A stretch of DNA of 61,974 nt, counting the filler, from Dirinaria sp. TL-2023a (taxonomy: Eukaryota): assembly GCA_051941275.1 (NCBI GenBank). It is 16 parts of 16 records of this genome, joined end to end, with 100 filler letters (N's around TTAATTAATTAA, not from the genome) between each part and the next. Parts side by side here need not be neighbours in the genome. Positions count along the whole stretch, not along the records: positions 35,099 to 38,862 come from JAVEBF010001968.1; positions 38,963 to 42,723 come from JAVEBF010001969.1; positions 42,824 to 46,581 come from JAVEBF010001970.1; positions 46,682 to 50,434 come from JAVEBF010001971.1; 12 more parts are not named here. One strand, written 5' to 3'. The first letter of the stretch is position 1; every line of letters starts with the position of its first letter. Of this stretch, positions 35,099 to 47,025 are shown in pieces. A program made the translations under genes and the position numbers. The notes beneath the pieces are model-generated. The model saw only the letters and a program-made list of their open reading frames with translations, was not told where the DNA came from and searched no databases.

Positions 35099-36978
35099 CC
35101 TCTGCCCTCCTCCCTCACCATCTTCACAGCAAGAGGCAGCAGCCTCTCCAACTCCTCCCTGCGACTCACGCACGCACCCCACACCCAGCCGGCCGAGCTC
35201 GCGGTCGCGATCCCGGAATAGTCCGGGCTGGGCTCGAAGCCGATATTGAGCTCGCGGTTCGAGACCCGGCTGCCCCAGCCGTCCGGGTGCACGAGGAGCA
35301 GGGACCGGCGCGGGGCGTGCCAGCCGCCGTTGTTGAGCACGATGGTCAGCACGGGGAGCTTGTAGCGCTGGCTGATCCAGTAGACGCTGCTGGGCACGCT
35401 GAACAGGAACGTCCCGTCCGCGACGATCTGGCACACGAACCGTGACGAGCCGGCCGCCAGCTTGATTCCCAGGGCTGCCCCGCCGGACCAGCCTAGCCCC
35501 CCGCCGCCGCAGTTGATGTATGTGCCTGGCGTCGAGGGGCGGAGGGCGTCGGCCACGAAGGCGGTGTTGGTTACCGCTTCGATGGCGTAGATTGTGTCGG
35601 CGGGGACGGAGGCGCGGAGGAGGGTTGTCAGGAAGGGGGTGTTGAACGTGCCGTCAGATTTGGGGAGGGCTAGCTCGCGGATCACTGCCTGGCGTTGGTT
35701 GTAGGAGGTTTGCAGGCGGTCACGGCGTGCAGCGTGGATTTCTGGGTCGAGATACGGGGTGAGCTTGGAGGAGATGTATTTGTTCAATTGCGCCAGCGCG
35801 GTGTAGCTGTCGGCGCGATATGTGCCGTCGGCCTCGATCCATCCCACTGGCATCTGCATCTTCAGCGGATCCACGTCAATATGGTATATCCTCGCGTTGT
35901 CGTCTGGTCGGCACTGAGTGGGGATCCAGGGCACGTCGCAATCAAGCACCAGGATTACGTCGGCCGTCTTGATCGCTGGGTCAACTCCGTATCGTAGTCC
36001 CAAACTGGCACGATGAGTTGCCGGGAAACACATGTCGCTGCCACCGGTATCCAGAACTCGCAGATCCGGTATCGCGTCAGCGAGCTTGACCAGTTCCCCT
36101 GGCGCCTTGTGATTCCGCCCACTGTACCCCGTCACCACGAGCGGTTCTCGTGCATACACCAAGGCCTGGGCGACTTCGCTCACGCTCTCTTCTGCTAATG
36201 CCCCGGGCTTTACCCCCCTCCACCGCTCTTGCTTCAAGGTATACGGTTTCTCCAGCTCTTCCTCCAGAGGCTCGCGCGCCGCACATAGGTATACAGGTCC
36301 CGTAGGCGCACTCGTCGCGAACATGAGTGCGCGGTTCACCATCTGCTTGATATTCTTCCCACACTTGACCTCCGCGGTGTACCGACAATACTGCGCCACG
36401 ATGGCCTTCTGATCCGGCACATCCTGGATCCAATGGATATACTCCGTCCTGCTCCCCCGCATCTCCCCTTGGTCCGTGAACGGGCTCAGGCCCGCGAAGA
36501 TGAGAACGGGTGCTCGGCCGCAGGAAGCGTTGTGTACGGCGGCCCCGAGACCTTGGGTGCCGACGTCGACGTGCACGATGACGCATTGCGGGCGGGAGGT
36601 CAGGCGGGCGTAGCCGTCGGCCATGGATAGAGCGACCATCTCATTGGGGCAGGTGATGATGCGTGGGAAGGTGTCCGGGTGGGTGGATTGGCCCTTGGTG
36701 GTGGCTTCTAGGATGGAGGGGTGGTCAGAGCCGAGATTGACGAAGCAGTGCGTTACGCCGGCCTATCGGAAGTATCAATATATATGTGTGCCTGTATTGT
36801 GGAGAGGTTGTATAGTCTGCCCACATACGTCCCATAGCGCCTCGAAGAGAGCATCAGAGGCCGTGTATCTCGACCTACGGAGAGTGTCAGAGTCATTGAA
36901 GCTTCGGTCCATTGAAAGCTCCTCTCAGGAGGATCCTGCAGATGAGCAAAAGGAGAAGCTATAAGAGGGACCTTACAT
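35099..36978 (-). CDS. Thiamine-diphosphate-dependent enzyme (acetolactate synthase/benzoylformate decarboxylase-like), 3'-truncated
   Basis: YTASDALFEALWD / AGVTHCFVNLGSDHPSILEA..CPNEMVALSMADGYAR..HVDVGTQ, and the TPP motif ADGTFLFS...VLNNGGW. The start is either a split AT^G (36978) or ATG 36912. Confidence 0.92.
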
Positions 36979-37805
36979 GTTGAGAAGGGCGCCGCAATGG
37001 ATCAGGCGATGGTGATATCAAGCGAGCAATTGCAGCTGAGACCACCAATTGCGCTTTTTTGGTGCGCAGAACACGAAAGATAGGCAGAGGATCGAGACGG
37101 TCAAGAGGGAAAGCTCAAGAACCTGTGGCCCAAGGACCGTGGAACAGCTCAATGCTCTTCAAAACCTCAGATGGAAGGATGCAGGATCCGTCCCCCGCGA
37201 CTAACCGGCAAGGGAGCCATCAAAGTACCTGCCTAAGGCAAAGTAGTTGCAGTGCAGGATTCGGCCAACGGGCCCAGCATGTCTTCGAGAACAGTCATAG
37301 GATCCATTGAGCCGTACGGTATGTGATTGAAGCTACAGATTATGTAATTCCGCCATGAAGCGGAAAGACTCCGAGTGCGGAAATCATGATTTCTGTACAG
37401 GGCAATTTTTGGTGTTGTAACCCTAGATCAACCCTCAGAGCCTTGTCTTTTAACACATCCCTAAGTGCCTCAATCATTTTCGATATAAGCTCATAAGGTT
37501 GTGTGAGATCGGTGTGGTATTCACAGCATCGAGATGAATTTTGAAATCATTGGGGAAGGACGGATGTCATTCATTTAAACCTTTAATAGCGCCTTGCTAT
37601 CTGCCTTGTCCATTCCCTCTACTCAGCCATGGGTGAAGACTGAACAGAAAATAGTCCACCAATACCCCTGATGGATGCGGGAGGGCATCCTTCTTTCCAA
37701 TTACTTCGCAGCCATCTCTTTCTCATTCTCTCTTCTCTGTCCTTCTCGGCCTCTCTGTTGCTCTTGTCATCATCATTAATCGCACTGTACATGCCAACTT
37801 CCAAA

Positions 37806-38862
37806 ATGGAGGTCTCTACCATTGTCGCTGAAATCAACACTGCTGCCAAAACGTTAGAAGGCAATACTCACGGCGCTCGAGAGAAGCTGCTCGATCTATG
37901 TAGCTCGTTGACTGCGAAGCTGGAGACTCCGAGCGAGATGATTCAGAAGATAGGATGGGCCGAGGAAAGTGCCTTCACAAGCCTGGCAGTCGTACATACG
38001 TATGCCATGCAATAAAAGACTGACTGGAATTAACACTGCAGCCTGCTCGCACTGCCGCAGTACGCTTCGCTGTCGACCTGGACCTGTTTGAGACTTTGAA
38101 AGAGGCCGATCAACCCTTGAGCGCTGGGCAGTTGGCGAAGTCCTCAGATGCTGACCCGGCCTTGATCGGTATGCTTCCGAAAAATAGTAAATAGGACATA
38201 GTAGCAGCATTAACTCTACTTCTTTACCAGCTCGCACGATGAAGCACCTAGCTGCGATGAAAATCGTCAGCGAGGATGGAGGCAACGGATACACTTCGAC
38301 AGCCACTTCCGATGCCCTCACATTGCCCGAATACCGTGACGGGATCATATACACGTCTTGTGCTCACACAATCAAGTTACTGAGTCACTGACTGACAAAA
38401 ACATGCAGCTACGACGTGGCAGGCCCATCGTTCCGCAATCTCCCCAGCTACCTCAAAAAGACCAAATACAGCAACCCGACCAAGCTCGACGACGGACCAT
38501 TCCAAGAAGCCCACGGCACCAACGTGCCCTTCTTTGCATGGCTCGGCCAGAACCCGGTCTACCTGGCAGCATTCAACCACTACATGGGCGGGTACCGCAA
38601 AGGCAAAGCGAGCTGGATGGACCCGGGCTTCTTCCCCGTCGAGAGACTTGACCAGAACCTCGGGCCGGAAGAGGTCTTGCTCGTCGATATCGGTGGCGGG
38701 CTAGGCCACGATCTCGAAGAACTGCGAGCCAAACACCCGCACTTACAGGGACGGCTGATCCTTCAAGAACGTCCTGAAGTGATCCGACAGCTTGGGGATG
38801 CGGCGAGCAAGGGTTTCGAATACATGGAACATGATTTCTTCACCGAGCAGCCTATCAAAGGT
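37806..38862 (+). CDS. Fungal O-methyltransferase of the secondary-metabolite type, 3'-truncated
   Basis: LETPSE...WAE / PAR..RFAVDLDLFE..ADPALI / ARTMKHLAAM / ..LLVDIGGGLGHDL..GRLILQERPEVI..EHDFFTEQPIKG. The first splice donor is atypical (see findings). Confidence 0.9.
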
Positions 38863-39125
38863 NNNNNNNNNNNNNNNNNNNNNNNNNNNNNNNNNNNNNN
38901 NNNNNNTTAATTAATTAANNNNNNNNNNNNNNNNNNNNNNNNNNNNNNNNNNNNNNNNNNNNCTAATAACCCGCTTCTTACTCAGACTTGTTGTGCAAAT
39001 GGGCGTTTTCCCCCGCACTGTCTAGTGAAACCGAAGCAAAACCACCCGCTAAGGCAGACATCAACACCTCGCTAATAGCCTGACAGCATGAAAAATCATC
39101 ATCATAGACAAATGGAGTACTTCCG

Positions 39126-42117
39126 TCACGCAGGCTCTTGGTGGCCGTTTGGAGGGTTGCTTTCCTCTTTCTTTGGCATATCCATAACAGCGTTGCCTTC
39201 GACCGATGAGGTCTTGGGTTCTTCGTCCACATTCGCCATGGTCTTCGTAGCGCTTTGCTGGGTGAGAGCGCTACTGGCGGTTCCCTTGTCGATGGACTGT
39301 GATTCGGTCTTCCTTCGACTGAAATATTCGCCAAGACTGACTTTCTTAACGGGACTCGGTTGTGTAATGCCTGACGTGGAGCTTGACAAGAGGGGAGGGT
39401 AGCTGTGGGAAGCTTGAGCGAATGGGGAGCGGGGTATGAAGGACGTCGTTGCCACGGTCATGGGAGGGGCTGATGATGGGTCGTGAGGATATTGAGGGGA
39501 TGATGGTAGTTGTACCCGAAGATCAGAGGACCGGAATCCATTGGCGAGCTTGTCTCGTCTTGGAGGCAAAGCTGCATTATTCGCAGCTGCCGGAGGTGGA
39601 GGAGGCTTGATTTCGGGGCTCCGCGATTGATCCGGTTGTCTAGCTTCATCGTCCAGTGAGTGCTGCTTCAGGAACGACTGGTCGGCTTGCGGGGCTTCTA
39701 TTTGAGGGCTTTCAATACGGGCAATGTCCTGCATCTCAATGTCTGACGACGAAGGTAAGGGTTGTCCTTCCTTCTGCTCACTGCCAATGCTGTTGATCGA
39801 GCCGAGTTCTGGCGCCAAAGATTTCTCCGAGGATCGGTCTGTTTTGATCTGTGCTAATCGCGCGTATTCATCCATCCTCTCCCGGTCTTGTTGGCAGCGT
39901 ATCAGTAGTCGTTTGCCCCAGGATACATATCGTTGCTTTGGAATCGGTGGCACAGGTGGCTTATACGAGAAATCTTCCTCATCTGGGTCTGTTTGCATAG
40001 ACACGCTGACATAGTTTGGGCGCGCGAGTGAGGACATGGGAACAGGCGTATTTGGTCGAGAATGACGTTTGGCAGACACAGAGCCATCGGGTTTTTGTTT
40101 AGACTGTGATGGCTTGTATATAGGTGAGCCAGATTTCTTGCCAGAAAAATTTGTACCGATATAGCGTGGTCCTGTGGAGGGGCCTGGGGTATTGGGTTGC
40201 GATGTGGGGCCTATACCGTGTCCAAGCTGTTTCTACATCATACCGTTAGCAAGGACTCCGTAACAATGATGTAGAGGGAACCCTTACAGAGCTGGCCGCT
40301 GTAGGCGTGCTGAGGGAAGACCCGCCGCTGTTACGTTTCTTTCGCTTTTGTGAGGGCTGCTGCTTTTCTTGCTCCAGCTGCTCAAGGTTCTTTTCCATTG
40401 CCGCAATTTTCCTCTTCTCTCGATCAGTTATTTCCAAACCAGGGACAACCCCAAAAGCGCCACCCCCTTTGCGGGTGGGTGTCGCTTCACGGCTTCTCGA
40501 CTTGCTACTCGATGTTGATCGACTATTACGTGTATCTTCGTCCTGCCGATTCCTGCCCTCGCTGCTGGCCCTGCTCTGTGACTTGCGCGCCGTGTCAGGA
40601 GTCCTCGTAGACGTCGTATACCCATTACGTGCCTTAAATGTCCTACCATTCGTCAAAGTCATAGCGTTATGTGTCTCGGCCCTTCGATCGTACTTGGCCA
40701 ACCCGCATTGCTCCGGGCTTTCGCATGCGCAGCCACCGAAGTTGGCTAAAACTTTCTCGACCCAATCTGAGACGTAAGCCATGACATCAAAATTACCCTC
40801 CCGTTTGATCTCTGGACTATTAAAGCATTTCCGTATGTGCTCATCCAATGTCCAGGATATTGTTAGCTCTGATCCGGCCCTGATGTCTTCTTTGGCAATG
40901 AAACAAAAGTGATACTCGTTGGTGTTCTCCAAAATGGTCCTCATCTCAAGGTTTGGCTGGCAGCTTCGTCGAATGTAACGACATATGGATCCTTGTTGCC
41001 TTGTGTCGATGTATATGGGCAGTTTGGGATGGAAGAAGACGAAAGGAGTAGGATGGCGCAAATAGTCCCATCTGTTCGCAGGTTCGTGCACATAGTCTTG
41101 CATATGACCGATCTGCCCTTTGAGTTCGCCAACAATTCCTTCTTTCGGTATATCTGTATCAACGCTCAAGGTGATCCATCTTGGCTGTCGGTCGCCCACA
41201 TCCGAAGGCTCGCCAAATCTCTGCTGTTTAGACAAAGAAGGTAAACTCATGCGACCAAGGGGTTCTTGAAGGCGGTGGAAGACATCTTGTGGGGAGAGAC
41301 GATTAGTAGCCTCACTGAGCGAATCGACGTCGTGCGACCAAGAGGACAAGCTCCTTGTGATAGCGATATCGTTGAACAAGTTGGCTTGCATAGGGGTCTC
41401 GCCTGGATCGTTATCGTACAGGCAAAGGAACTCTGGACTATACGGCTGGGAGGGATGCCCGTTGAGCGGTTGCTTGCTGGAACTTTTGCGAGACGCATGC
41501 GACGTCGAGCCAGGAGCCCTTGCGCCATGTGTATCAGCACTGGGCGGCGGCGAGAAGTAGTTATTGGAGTGGGAGGCCCTGTGCGAGGTCTTAGGCCTTT
41601 TGGTTGGGGGCCCATGGTCTCTCGGACTTCTGTTTGTAGGGTCATGATGTGAATCGTTGCCGTCGTGAAAGTACCCGTTTGTCAAGGTTACATTGGACTC
41701 TGATGTCTTCATCCTCTTCTTCGGCGCCTTTGTAGGGGCTTTCTTAGCTTTGCGCTCCTCAGGACGGAAGCGGTCCTTCTGTCGTTCGGTCGCACCCTTC
41801 TTGTCGTACGGTCGGTAATCGCAATCAACACAAGTGTGCTCGATCTTATCCCCATCTGGCGGCACGCCATCTTGGAAGTCTTTGAAATAATAACACTCGA
41901 TGTGTTGCCACGTCTCGCAACGGTCGCAAAACACTGTTAATCCGTCGTCAACTTGGAAACCGCAAAAACACTTGATGGTGTAATCCTCTTCTTCCTCAGG
42001 CGGTACTCCATTGGGTGTTGAGACATTGGCAGTCCTTTCAATCGAGGAGACCGGTCTGACATTAGAGGTAACGGAGGGCGCCGTGTACGTTGTAGTAGGC
42101 TGGGAGAGATCTGTCAT
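39126..42117 (-). CDS. SET3: PHD finger + SET domain protein, Set3/Set4-like
   Basis: PHD IKCFCGFQVDDGLTVFCDRCETWQHIECY..CVDC; degenerate SET RYIRRSCQPN..GSELTISW; one intron about 40287-40233; C-terminal KKVSLGEYFSRRK. Confidence 0.9.
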
Positions 42118-45100
42118 ACTATGACAGACGACCTCCCGGCGACCGTAGTGAAAGAAGTGTGGTTCCGGTGGCTTATGGATCGGGGCGCATGACTTTCTCG
42201 GATACTTCAGACTTCAAAAAGACACTTTGCGCACTCAATAGCGAGATTGGGCGAGGCCGTCAAGGGTCACGTCCGAAGAACGTGCAGCAGCCCAAGAGAG
42301 GTTCTGGTGGAAGAGGATGAGGTTAAATCTTGGGGACGGCACTGGAAATTATTTCGGAATATCTCGTCGGCCGATGATTGTCTCATAGAGTCGAGCATTA
42401 AAGGGTCGTCTTAGGCTCGCTGTCGTGGACTGTGCCTTGGTAAGGAGAGTCGGATTCGAGGACGCCGAAGAGGCCGTGATTGTTACGCGATCTTGCAGGG
42501 CCCGTAAAGACACTCGTGAGCTCGGAGGTGGTTCAAGTACTGTGAATGGGGGAGAATTCTGAGGCGTAGGCGGAGTGGGGGGACGGAATAGAGGAAAGTT
42601 GGCAGGCGGTGGACAGGACGGAGGGCGAGCGTGAAAGTACAGAGTAGAGTTTGGAAGAGTCAAAGGAGTGCCCAGGCGAGCCACGCTCCGAATTCCGCGC
42701 TAGAAAGAAGCGGCCAATCAGGGNNNNNNNNNNNNNNNNNNNNNNNNNNNNNNNNNNNNNNNNNNNNTTAATTAATTAANNNNNNNNNNNNNNNNNNNNN
42801 NNNNNNNNNNNNNNNNNNNNNNNGGTGTGACAACAGGAAGGGGGGGTGTGTCCTTAGCGAGGGCCGTAATAATTCGTTGATGGACCTCGAAGCAAATATA
42901 CTGTTGAAGACATGGTATTTACATATCCTGGGTATTTACATATCCTGTGCTCCATGCCGTTTCCTTTCCTACCTATTCATACTCTTTGTCGAGGCATTTA
43001 TATTCCCTTTTTTCCAACTACCAACCTTGCCGTTATAATTCCAAAGACGCCTTATTTGAAGACAGCAGTAAGGTCGGGAAAACTCGCGCAGAGCGAAAAG
43101 GCGATAGCACGTGGAAGATTGCGTTGATGCTTGAGGATTTTAGTATTGACAGTTGCGATTCGCGAACATCTTTGTTTTGCTGAATGCCGGAGGATTTCTT
43201 TTCACAGACTACTAACTTACATAAAATAGAATTTTCCTATCTGGTGCGTTTGACCTATGTTAATGGTTTTCCCCACGTGTTTGTTGCTACGGGAGTTGCG
43301 CGATGGTATCTATCGACTCTTTTTGCTCAAAGGCTCGAAGTATATGCGTTTTCTGCTGCTTGGTTACTACTAGGAAGCGCTTTATTGGGGATCAATTTTT
43401 TCTTGAGTCTTGCTTGAATTAATGGCTCTGACTAGATGATTCTGATCCTTGACTACTTCTCAGAAGACAGACGCACGAGCGAAGGGCTCAAGTCCATCTT
43501 GATCAGGCTCCCACGAATTCTAGAATCTGTGCGTTGCTGTTGCGGCTTGACCACTGATCTACTCAGCTAGTAGTTGTCAAGCTTTTGATACCTTCCATGA
43601 TAGATATTCTCATAAATCTTCATTCGATCTGCGTTTCAGCAAAATTGTATGTCCAGAAGACTTTCCTTGAATTTTCTAATTTAGACTCGAGTGCGTTCAT
43701 AGATCTACTATACTTTTTGAACTTGATCACGTATACCTTCTCGCACTTTGGAAGGCTCCTTCGTTTGCGAGCGGTCCTACTAGACTATAATGGAGGTCCG
43801 ATGTAAACAGGAATGGAGGAAGCAGGCAGATTCAAGTCTAGGTGGAATTGCCTTACCTGTTTAGGTAAGGGCCCACGTCATCGTGACTAAACTTTAAGTA
43901 CTTCGTCAATCGGACTCCAACGGATGTCGAGATGACGATGACAAATTGGGAACCGTAGGCATGACTGAACTAGAGGAGGCATCTGTTGTCGGTCGCCTCT
44001 GTGTTACAGCTGCTGGTCTGTTCAAGGTCTTTGATAGTTCAAGCACATGTCACGTGCAGAGAAGCGACTTGCAGATTTCGACCGCGAACCCAACTATCCC
44101 TCAAGGATCCTTCATCAATAGTAGTCAGGTCACTTCTTGATGGTGATAAGACGAGATGGACTTCTGAGAAGGTGCAGCTGCGGGTTTCGTAGGATCGTGT
44201 TAACAACACGAAGATCAATATATTAATCAAGATATGGCTTCTAATGATAATGATTTTGCTTTCAAATACAATCTCAGTACGATACATTCCAGCACTTTGC
44301 GAAAGCACATAGACAAGAAGCTGATGAATTGCATTCCTAGGGACAACTGCCCAGTTCGATTGAGCCGATGCTCTTGAAGTTGGGTGAGTAGCCTACAGTG
44401 TCATGTGAACGCGTCCGAGTTCCTGTAGATGATGTTACCGAGACTGAAATATTTAATGATCTTGGAACGCGTACTCTCGAGTGATTATAGATGTCTCGTA
44501 CATCTTCAACAGGTAAGACAGCGCTTGAACGTAACAGAATATAGAAACCGGGTTTCGCCACTTCCTGTGTACAGTGACCTGGTTTTTAAAAAGTCTCTTG
44601 AAAAGATCCTGTCAGACGTTTTCAAGGAGCGTTCAAAATCATATATGGAGCACGAAATGCTGGCAGCGTGGTGGTAACAAAGGACTTTGCTCAACATGAA
44701 AACCGAACGTACCTTCCCTGATTCATGGCCTCGAAATTACTGGCACCACCAAGCAAATATGATAGGGATTTTAATCTCTTCTACGCTTCAAAACTGCTTC
44801 GAGGAATACAATTTCACCAGAAAGCGCATAGCTTGAAACCGAAAATGGCTACGATCTCGTTCTATGTTGGGCTCTTTGATGTCCACGAACGCTTTCCTGA
44901 CCTTGACCACGGCAGTGTCTCATTGACCGATTATCCTGGCTTAAGATTCTCTTGTTTTCTCAAGCCGGGCTACAATTTGCGCTCAGTTATCACGATGTGG
45001 ATATCTATGCTGGTGAAGATGACGTTCTCACAGGCAATGATCAGTATCAAATCAATCCTGTTCGGCTCGGAGAATCTTATCAACGTGGTGGCAATGATTT

Positions 45101-45608
45101 AGTCCTTGTTGAGGAGAGATGATAGTATCATGAGTTCTTCCTTGACCTCTACATTAGGAGGGTGTGCTATGCTACTTCGACTGCGTGGTGCGATGGTTGA
45201 GATATCAAGAGCGTTGAAATGGGCGACATTAATAACATGTGCTCTTATGAACCATGGGAAGCTTCGCTCCTTAGCTATGGATATCTGGAAACGTATCGCA
45301 GAGTCTAGACAGGCCTTTTATGGGAAAGAGAGAAACAAAGGAATAGGTTATCTCTCGTGCCTAAACTTGTATCGGGCTCTAATCAGGACACGCGATCTAA
45401 CTAACGTGCTCTTCGCCTGCCATTCCAGCCTCCAATTGTCATCGAAGCGGATACTCCTTCCAGTCTGACTTACGTCAGGGGCTAGCAATGGCCGCGGTGG
45501 TGGCTTAGAAGTGCGAGCACCTGGATAGTAAGTGCTATTGTATGGTGCTGGATCCTTCTGTAAGTCAGTTGAAGGCACCTAGCTGCTGAGAATATACTGA
45601 CATCATTA

Positions 45609-46316
45609 CTAAGCCCAGAGATCATGCTCAGGCTGCAAAACAAGTTTGTAGCTGACGAAGATACCACACCGCTGTTCGTCACCCGAGACATCGGGCAAAT
45701 CAACAATGGATAGCCTCCAGCCTAGCGACGATGCTACAAGATTAACGAAGTCCGGGAAAATATCGAACGTGTCAATGTTTTCCAGGGTCCATCTATCCAA
45801 GGGTTTTTCCCCTATATTCAAAATGATCTTCTCCGTGACTTGCATTCGGGAAAGGGCTGACACCAGGAATCTCTTATTCACGATCCGGACCATTGTGTCG
45901 GGTAAAATGGTCAGGCTGAGCTCTTTCAAGCAGTAGCCATGGATACTCCAGCTGGATAACGTGTACGCCAGATTCGCGTCTGTCTGAGAGTGCTTGTAGC
46001 CTTCGCAGGAAATGTCGAGCTTGCGGATTCTGTGGAAGTTCTTCTCTACAGGTCCAAAGTCGGAGTTGGCCAGGGCTCCATGCTTGTGGAATCGAAGGCC
46101 GAAGCGACACTGCTGCTAGAAGATTTCGGAAGCTTCTTCGTACATTTGCCGGCACGTCGTCAAGATCGGAGGGCATTTCGATGACGGCCGTGTATTGACA
46201 GGAGAACGCCATCTCGGGGCAAACTTTGGAGCAAGATGGAGAGGGAGGTCATCGAAGAGTTGCTGATAGATTTGGTCGCGGAGCTCGCGTGGCAGCATGA
46301 GAAAATGGCAAGCCAT
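45609..46316 (-). pseudogene. F-box-like (LP.E.R..IY type) gene with one in-frame TAG
   Basis: FLMLPRELRDQIY...PPILTTCRQMYEEASEIF*QQCRF. The same frame continues without further stops through LKELSL to 45609 (236 codons in total). The TAG is at 46118-46116. Confidence 0.75.
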
Positions 46317-47025
46317 CTCGAGCTTTTGGTGGCAGACTGTGGAGGAATGTAGCTAGTTAGATGCTGAAATTGAAGGCTAGATGACAGGTCAATATGATCG
46401 TCTTCGTCTTGCCAAGGCTTTGATACTGACAATGCCTTTTCTGTAGCTTCTGTAAATATCCTGGCGGCTGAGGTAGGAAAGCAAGGTAGCAAACAAGTAA
46501 ATGAGTTTGGAAATGAGACTCCTGGCTGAATGCAGGATGAAGATAGTGTCCCACTCAAAGGAAGTGATATACACTCAGTGANNNNNNNNNNNNNNNNNNN
46601 NNNNNNNNNNNNNNNNNNNNNNNNNTTAATTAATTAANNNNNNNNNNNNNNNNNNNNNNNNNNNNNNNNNNNNNNNNNNNNAAAAAAAAAAAAAAAAAAA
46701 AGTCATCCATTAAGAAAGAGCGGAGAGAGAGTAAGAGAGAAAATGGAAGAGAGGAGAGAAAATCGAGCCTCGAAAATACATCTTGGAATTCTGTTGTTTA
46801 CCTAGAGGAGAGATCAAAAGATACCGTACTGGAGATAAAAGTTAGATCCCTGAGGTTTTCATCATCCCAATCGTTAAAAATCAAAAAAGCCAAATGAATG
46901 CATGCTCGTTCACATCACTCAGCCACCGCATATATGCTCTTCTTCTTACCTGGACCATTGTGTACCGAGATAATCTTCCATCTTTCCCCCACATTTCCCG
47001 ATTGCTGTTCCCACTGCACACCCAC

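Noticed and set aside
36875..36976. TPP riboswitch in the first intron of the TPP enzyme
   Set aside because: CTGAGA is present but sits in a simple CTCCT/AGGAG hairpin. The rest of the aptamer consensus (P4/P5 region) is not visible. An Rfam RF00059 search would settle it.
42824..42870. TGTGACA at the contig start as another LTR terminus
   Set aside because: No matching end, no TE coding relic and no CC/GG depletion follow it.
44340..45520. Possible decayed plus-strand gene with splice-like signals
   Set aside because: Multiple stops and frame changes and no recognisable motif, so no call can be supported.
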